A stretch of 6,806 bases of DNA, taken from Amoeboradix gromovi X-113 (taxonomy: Eukaryota > Fungi > Sanchytriomycota). Made by a program: the position numbers and the translations under genes. The notes beneath the pieces are model-generated. The model was not told where the DNA came from. It made no database searches and was given only the letters and a program-made list of their open reading frames with translations. Positions 1 to 4,736 of this stretch are shown piece by piece. Location of the stretch: contig JADGIF010000549.1 in NCBI GenBank assembly GCA_018985225.1, positions 1 through 6,806 on the forward strand. The letters run 5' to 3'. Position 1 is the first letter of the stretch. Each line of letters starts with the position of its first letter.

Positions 1-390
1 CAAAATAAAAGTAGATATGAGGTCTTTGAGCATCTAAGCAAAAGGTGCATTTTCTTAGACGGTACTCTTTCTTCATTTCATTTAATGTTATACTAACATC
101 ATTACTCTTGTCTATTTCTTTGAAGTGTAATAGTGATATTTTATTTGAAATAAAGATTGGATGAAAGAGTAAGGGAATAGCTGTACAGAATATTTGTTTT
201 TGAAATATCGATACAAAAAGTTATTTATTTTCCTTTTATACTCTTCAACTAGCTGAATGTCCACTCGCCTCTTAAATCCGTAAAATTAATAAAGCTGAAA
301 TAATGCTCCAAGTTGTTACAGAAAGTTAGTCCAGTTTTTATATTTGATGTCCCTATTGTAATAAATTTCAAGGATACCTCCTATAAACAA

Positions 391-1134
391 ATGCAAGCTA
401 TCATTCGATCCATCAGAGCGGTGTTACATCCAATCCGGTCATACAAATCAATTGTTCAAGAAATCAATGACAGTGATCAATATGCGAGATTAATGCAAGA
501 TCAGACCAGGCAATTGCTTAAAAAACAATTTCAAGGTAGTAACGACCCTAAAGATGACTATGTGTTTTCCATGTTGGTGAAAATGCAGGAATTGGAAGAA
601 AACAGACGAAAAACCTATGTTCCAGTACTTGGGGCTTTGATTAACGGATTCATCATTGCATTGAGTGCATTATTTGTCTACAAAATGCAGTCCAAGGACA
701 AGAAGGACATTCAGAATGACAGAAAAGACTTGGAAATGTTCAAGTGGGTGAAAGATTTATTCGCTGGTGTTGAGCATTCAAAACATTCGGAAAGCATGGG
801 TTTTGTTCATAAATATGAACAGAATTACAAGGACGACGCTATTCCAATTTTCAAAGCAGTGCAAGTTCCTGGATCAATTCCTAGTAATATTAAGATTACT
901 ACAGAAATGGAAAATGCTGTTGAAAAAGTGAATAGTGCTAGAATCTGTTCAAATGATTACGTGAAGCAAATCAAAATTGCTAAAAAAATCATTTCACCCG
1001 AGACTGGTAACGATAAAGAGACTGGTAAAGAACTGCCTTTATCATCAACAGTATTGGCATTTTCAACACCACAATTAAATTCAAGAATGGAGGACCAAAT
1101 CTCTTTGATTGACAAGTACAATAAAGTCTTCTAA
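391..1134 (+). CDS. Hypothetical 247-aa protein with one predicted transmembrane helix and a possible mitochondrial presequence
   Basis: Long ORF. The track start at 313 is TTG; the first in-frame ATG is 391 in an A-rich context (AAACAAATG). The N-terminus MQAIIRSIRAVLHPIRSY is Arg-rich with no acidic residues. Hydrophobic stretch VPVLGALINGFIIALSALFVY is followed by a charged segment. No family recognised. Confidence 0.75.
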   Translation: MQAIIRSIRAVLHPIRSYKSIVQEINDSDQYARLMQDQTRQLLKKQFQGSNDPKDDYVFSMLVKMQELEENRRKTYVPVLGALINGFIIALSALFVYKMQSKDKKDIQNDRKDLEMFKWVKDLFAGVEHSKHSESMGFVHKYEQNYKDDAIPIFKAVQVPGSIPSNIKITTEMENAVEKVNSARICSNDYVKQIKIAKKIISPETGNDKETGKELPLSSTVLAFSTPQLNSRMEDQISLIDKYNKVF

Positions 1135-1303
1135 TTAGCCAAATCTGATGACAAACACGATGAAGGATATTCTGAATAAATAATTAGTTTATTCTAATTT
1201 TTATATTTGGATTGACACAAAATCTTGATTTGATTGGTTAAGTATAGTTAGTCTAGTTTTCTTGTTTTTTTTAAATATTGCAGCGACTAAGTTTAATTTT
1301 TGG

Positions 1304-1375
1304 GTAAGAATGCACAATTTTAAAATTAAACTGCACATGCTTGCCATCATATTTTAACTTCTGTCTAATTTTTAG
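1304..1375 (+). other. Candidate 72-nt spliceosomal intron in the 5' UTR of the Q-rich gene
   Basis: Donor-like GTAAGA at 1304, branch-like CTAAT at 1365-1369, acceptor TTTTAG ending 1375, 10 nt before ATG 1386. No in-frame ATG in the putative upstream exon. Confidence 0.4.
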
Positions 1376-1385
1376 TACGAAACAG

Positions 1386-2138
1386 ATGAGTGATCAGAAA
1401 TCTTCATTGAAAGTCAAAGTAGATGCAAAACTCAGAGACAGAATGGCATATCAAGTCGAAAAAGATAAAAGACAAGTCCAACAAGATCAGCAAACTTTGA
1501 AGAAGACCCAAGAGAAAGATTTGCACAATTTGGAAATGGCTAAACAAAAATTACTAACGGACCAGAGCAAGCTGAGAGATAATTTGGAAAAAGATTTAGA
1601 AAAGCTTAACAAGGACTCCAACAAGCTGGAAAAATTTGAGGCCAAACACCCTCACGCTATTTTAAATGAAAGTGACTTCGTAGGACAAACACAAAATCCA
1701 CAAACCAGTATGCAAAAAAATAATCAACAGGGTTTACAAAAGCAATACCAGCAGCAAGAGCCACTGGTAGGATCAAATATGGAGATGCAGAACCAAGATA
1801 GCATTTCTCAGCAACCATCAAGTCAACAAAATACTCAAATCAGTGAAACCCCCGTTCCTCAGTATTTACAATCCAGCGTGAATTCCTCATATCAACAGGG
1901 CATTACACCCGAGTTAAATTCCCAGCAATTTCAACAGCCCCAGCAAGAGTTCCAGAACCAGTCTCAAGATCAACAGTTCCAGAACCAGTCTCAAGATCAA
2001 CAGTTCCAGAACTCATTCCAGTACCAGCAGGATCAACGTGAAACTTTTGAAATTCCAGAAAAGATGCAACAAATCCATCAGAGCAATACTGGCCTAAATG
2101 AACCATCGAGCGCACAAGGTTTTCACAATTCACAATAA
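1386..2138 (+). CDS. Hypothetical 250-aa hydrophilic protein: K/E/Q-rich coiled-coil N-terminus, Q/N/S-rich low-complexity C-terminus
   Basis: Long ORF. The track start at 1341 is TTG; the first in-frame ATG is 1386 (MSDQKSS). Heptad-like LEMAKQKLLTDQSKLRDNLEKDLEKLNKDSNKLE segment, Q-rich tail, and TAA stop overlapped by AATAAA. Confidence 0.85.
   Translation: MSDQKSSLKVKVDAKLRDRMAYQVEKDKRQVQQDQQTLKKTQEKDLHNLEMAKQKLLTDQSKLRDNLEKDLEKLNKDSNKLEKFEAKHPHAILNESDFVGQTQNPQTSMQKNNQQGLQKQYQQQEPLVGSNMEMQNQDSISQQPSSQQNTQISETPVPQYLQSSVNSSYQQGITPELNSQQFQQPQQEFQNQSQDQQFQNQSQDQQFQNSFQYQQDQRETFEIPEKMQQIHQSNTGLNEPSSAQGFHNSQ
1948..2012 (+). repeat. 27-bp perfect in-frame tandem repeat, about 2.4 copies
   Basis: AGTTCCAGAACCAGTCTCAAGATCAAC at 1948-1974 and 1975-2001, plus partial AGTTCCAGAAC at 2002-2012. 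Encodes FQNQSQDQQ units. Confidence 0.95.
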
Positions 2139-2218
2139 ATCGTTTTTCTTCAAGGCTTCTATAGTTTGGAATGAAATAATTGTTTATTGAAAGGCCATGT
2201 ACAATTCTCCGTTTTTAT

Positions 2219-2383
2219 TTAGAATAAGATTCCAGAGGCTAACGATGCTTCTTTAGCTTTTCGCTCTCGAAGATGAAGGTTAGGATTCATTTTACGCTTT
2301 GCATCGTTTAGCGATAGTAAAGGCATAACGGCAGACGATTCTTTGTATACTGGATCGCTAATTCTTGTTGTTTTACGTTTCAT
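2219..2383 (-). CDS. Candidate 54-aa basic small protein (not in the ORF track)
   Basis: Manual translation gives MKRKTTRISDPVYKESSAVMPLLSLNDAKRKMNPNLHLRERKAKEASLASGILF*. The ATG follows TTTAA, the TAA is overlapped by a minus-strand AATAAA (2214-2219), and the ORF fills the gap convergent with ORF2 and divergent from RPA1. Confidence 0.45.
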   Translation of the reverse strand: MKRKTTRISDPVYKESSAVMPLLSLNDAKRKMNPNLHLRERKAKEASLASGILF

Positions 2384-2638
2384 TTAAAGTTTAGGAGGGA
2401 AATCATCTTATAATCTGAGATGACTGCTCGCACCAATCACTTAACTTGCAAGCTTCCTAAACTCAACTAGCCTCCAGCACGAGGTGATTTTTAGGTCTAT
2501 TTACGTTCACGATTTCACCATAGGAAAATCATAGTACTTGGATATGCAGCTGAACGTTTGATTTCACTCGCTCAAAGATTCAAATCGTCCCTATTGCAAA
2601 ATGTCAATTCCACTACAAACTCCCTGTAAGAGATTACT
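2384..2638. promoter_or_regulatory. RPA1 upstream region, possibly a bidirectional promoter; CCAATCA box at 2433-2439
   Basis: 255-bp interval between divergent ATGs (2383 on -, 2639 on +). CCAATCA resembles an NF-Y/Hap site. Reverse-orientation GATTGG also occurs upstream of ORF1 (155-160) and ORF2 (1232-1237). Confidence 0.4.
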
Positions 2639-4471
2639 ATGACAACTTATCTATCAAAATCGGATTTCTTATCCAAGATAACTCCTAATGCAATCCTTGA
2701 GCTAAACTCAGGATCAACCGATTACCCGTACTATGTTCAAGTATGCAAAATTGCAGTTCAGAAGGAACAGGGCAAAATCAAAGTTTTGTTGACAGATGGA
2801 ATTCGGGTTTCTACAGGTATTGTTACCGATTTTACTCTTATGAAGCAATTGACAAATGCCAGTAACCCTGAGTTTTTCAACTTCAAAATCATGAAAATTA
2901 TGGATTGTGTGATTAGTGCTGCGGGCCCGAATAAAACTCTAGTTTTGCTAGCATCTGCTAGATTTACTGAATTCGCATTTTCAGAACGGATTTACACGAA
3001 TCCAGAGCAGCTGTTAAAGATACATGAGTCTAACTTGCAACGACAGATCCCTGATCCTGAAAATCTGATCGCGAATGAACCCCAAAAACGTATCGCGACA
3101 CCGACAAAGATACAAAGGCCCCAAAAACCAAACTATCAGCTGCAATCAAACAGTAGTCCATTCAAACCAAATTCTACCAGTCTAATGACAGTGAGCGCAA
3201 TAAACGCGTATTCCCAAACAATGCGAGTTAGGGCTCGTTGTACTCAGAAATCAGAGATGAGACCTTTTAAGAATGGGAACGGAAAACTTTTCTCGCTAGT
3301 TCTAGTTGATTCTACCGGTGACATTAAAGCTACCGCGTTTAACGAAGACGCCGATCGTTTGTTCACACAGCTTGAACAGTTTAAAATATATATTTTCAAT
3401 AAATTTAGAGCTAAGCCTGCAGATCAAAGATACAACAAAACAAGCCACTCTTATGAAATCACATTTAACAAAGAAAGCACAGTTGAATTAGTAGAAGATG
3501 ATGATCCTACAATCCCTCAGGTTACTTGGAACTTTATTGAAAATATATCGGTGCTGCAGAGTAAGGCTGCAGGTGATTTTGTGGATGTTGTAGCCATTGT
3601 TCATGATATTGGCGAACTACAAACAATAAATCGTAAGTCTGATGGTAGCGAGCTAAGTAAAAGGGATTTAACGCTAGTAGATAGCAGCAATATGCAAATA
3701 AAGCTTACTTTATGGGGAGAAAAAGCACTTGAATTTGAGGTTGGATCAATAGACTCGAATTCTGTAATTTGTGCAAAGTCTTTAAAAGTTGGAGAATATA
3801 ACGGGAGAACTCTAAGCACTGCTTCGAACTCAGTGCTTTGTTTAACAGAAAACAATGACAAAACTGAGTCATTGCACCAGTGGTACTCTTTGCAATCCAA
3901 TAATGAATTTATTCCATTTGCTAGCAGTTACAAAAAGCAAAAGAAAGATGATTACATGTGGATTCACTGTGCAATGGCAATGCCCATTGATCAAGAAAAG
4001 GGATTCTGGTTTACCGCTGCGGTTACGATTGGAACAGTTTTTGTTAAAGGCCTGTACTACTCTGCTTGTCCATCTTGCAAGAAAAAGATTATAGAGGTCA
4101 ATGGGGGATGGCGTTGTGAGAAATGCTCAGAAGATCACGATGTTCCAAGCTATAAATACATATCCAGTCTTAATGTTATAGATTGCAGTGGTCAGCACCG
4201 AGTCCAATGCTTTGATGACATAGCATCAGTGATATTTGGAACAACTGCTAATGAGCTGCACAACGCCATCAAGGATCTTACAGAGCTGGAGAAGGAGCTT
4301 TACATGCAGAATATAACAAACCAGAAGCAGTTTATGATGAAATGTCTTATAAAAATGGAGTACTACAACGACGAGAATAGAAAGAAAATCACAGTTAAGG
4401 AAGTCGAGCAGATCGATTACTTAGAGTATGGGAACAGGCTAAGTAGTATGCTTGACACTTATGACAGTTGA
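2639..4471 (+). CDS. RPA1: Replication protein A 70-kDa DNA-binding subunit (RPA70/Rfa1), intronless
   Basis: 610 aa with canonical order: N-terminal OB fold (KIKVLLTDG), P/S-rich linker, DBD-A (RARCTQKSEMR, GKLFSLVLVDSTGDIKATAFNE, YEITFN), DBD-B (VDVVAIV, SKRDLTLVD, LTLWGEKA, EYNGRTLS), DBD-C with C4 zinc ribbon (YSACPSCKKK...WRCEKC) and EYYNDENR...DYLEY tail. Confidence 0.97.
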   Translation: MTTYLSKSDFLSKITPNAILELNSGSTDYPYYVQVCKIAVQKEQGKIKVLLTDGIRVSTGIVTDFTLMKQLTNASNPEFFNFKIMKIMDCVISAAGPNKTLVLLASARFTEFAFSERIYTNPEQLLKIHESNLQRQIPDPENLIANEPQKRIATPTKIQRPQKPNYQLQSNSSPFKPNSTSLMTVSAINAYSQTMRVRARCTQKSEMRPFKNGNGKLFSLVLVDSTGDIKATAFNEDADRLFTQLEQFKIYIFNKFRAKPADQRYNKTSHSYEITFNKESTVELVEDDDPTIPQVTWNFIENISVLQSKAAGDFVDVVAIVHDIGELQTINRKSDGSELSKRDLTLVDSSNMQIKLTLWGEKALEFEVGSIDSNSVICAKSLKVGEYNGRTLSTASNSVLCLTENNDKTESLHQWYSLQSNNEFIPFASSYKKQKKDDYMWIHCAMAMPIDQEKGFWFTAAVTIGTVFVKGLYYSACPSCKKKIIEVNGGWRCEKCSEDHDVPSYKYISSLNVIDCSGQHRVQCFDDIASVIFGTTANELHNAIKDLTELEKELYMQNITNQKQFMMKCLIKMEYYNDENRKKITVKEVEQIDYLEYGNRLSSMLDTYDS

Positions 4472-4736
4472 TACTGATAATAAATATGATACATAAGGAT
4501 AAGATCGCAACCGCATTGCTTGCTTTCTTGTACCGTAGGGCGAATAGTACATCTATTGTTCTTCCTGGCTGTTTGCCATTCCAGCAAATAATAACTATAT
4601 CAGCTTTTTATTTCAGCAGGATATGCTCGTTGTCTGTAATTAATTTCATATCACCAAGTTGATATCAAGCCACTTTTTGTTCTCAACAAATCAGCTCACA
4701 AGATCAGCTGTAACAGTAGAACACGTCCAATTTGTC

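Noticed and set aside
91-97. TACTAAC branch-point consensus
   Set aside because: No convincing donor, nearby YAG acceptor or flanking exon within the window.
1116-1138. 23-nt GT...CTAATTAG mini-intron spanning the ORF1 stop
   Set aside because: Weak donor, and splicing reaches a TGA three codons later, so nothing is gained.
1295-1303. Sm-site-like AATTTTTGG suggesting an snRNA
   Set aside because: No U1, U2, U4 or U5 signature nearby, and the motif is expected by chance in T-rich DNA.
1948-2012. CRISPR-like 27-bp repeats
   Set aside because: Contiguous copies without spacers, in frame within a eukaryotic CDS.
1903-2133. Minus-strand 76-aa ORF with repeated GTVDLETGS
   Set aside because: Antisense shadow of the ORF2 27-bp repeat.
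2395-2530. TPP riboswitch or hammerhead ribozyme (CTGAGA and GAAA motifs)
   Set aside because: The remaining conserved cores (TPP CUUGAU...UAAU...GCG; hammerhead CUGAUGA and UH site) are absent or wrongly placed.
3306-4094. Short ORFs 3306-3491, 3601-3900 and 3855-4094
   Set aside because: They lie within RPA1 in alternative or antisense frames and show no protein-like features.
1386-4471. Genome-wide TAR-to-Gln reassignment (ciliate or Amoeboaphelidium protococcarum type) as the explanation for the LRR TAG
   Set aside because: The very Gln-rich ORF2 and the 610-aa RPA1 contain no internal TAA/TAG, and TAA appears to terminate genes. Only rare or context-dependent UAG use remains possible.
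4468-4662. 64-aa + strand ORF between RPA1 and the LRR gene
   Set aside because: TTG start overlapping the RPA1 stop and its AATAAA. Operon-like overlaps are not meaningful in a eukaryote, and no motif is recognisable.
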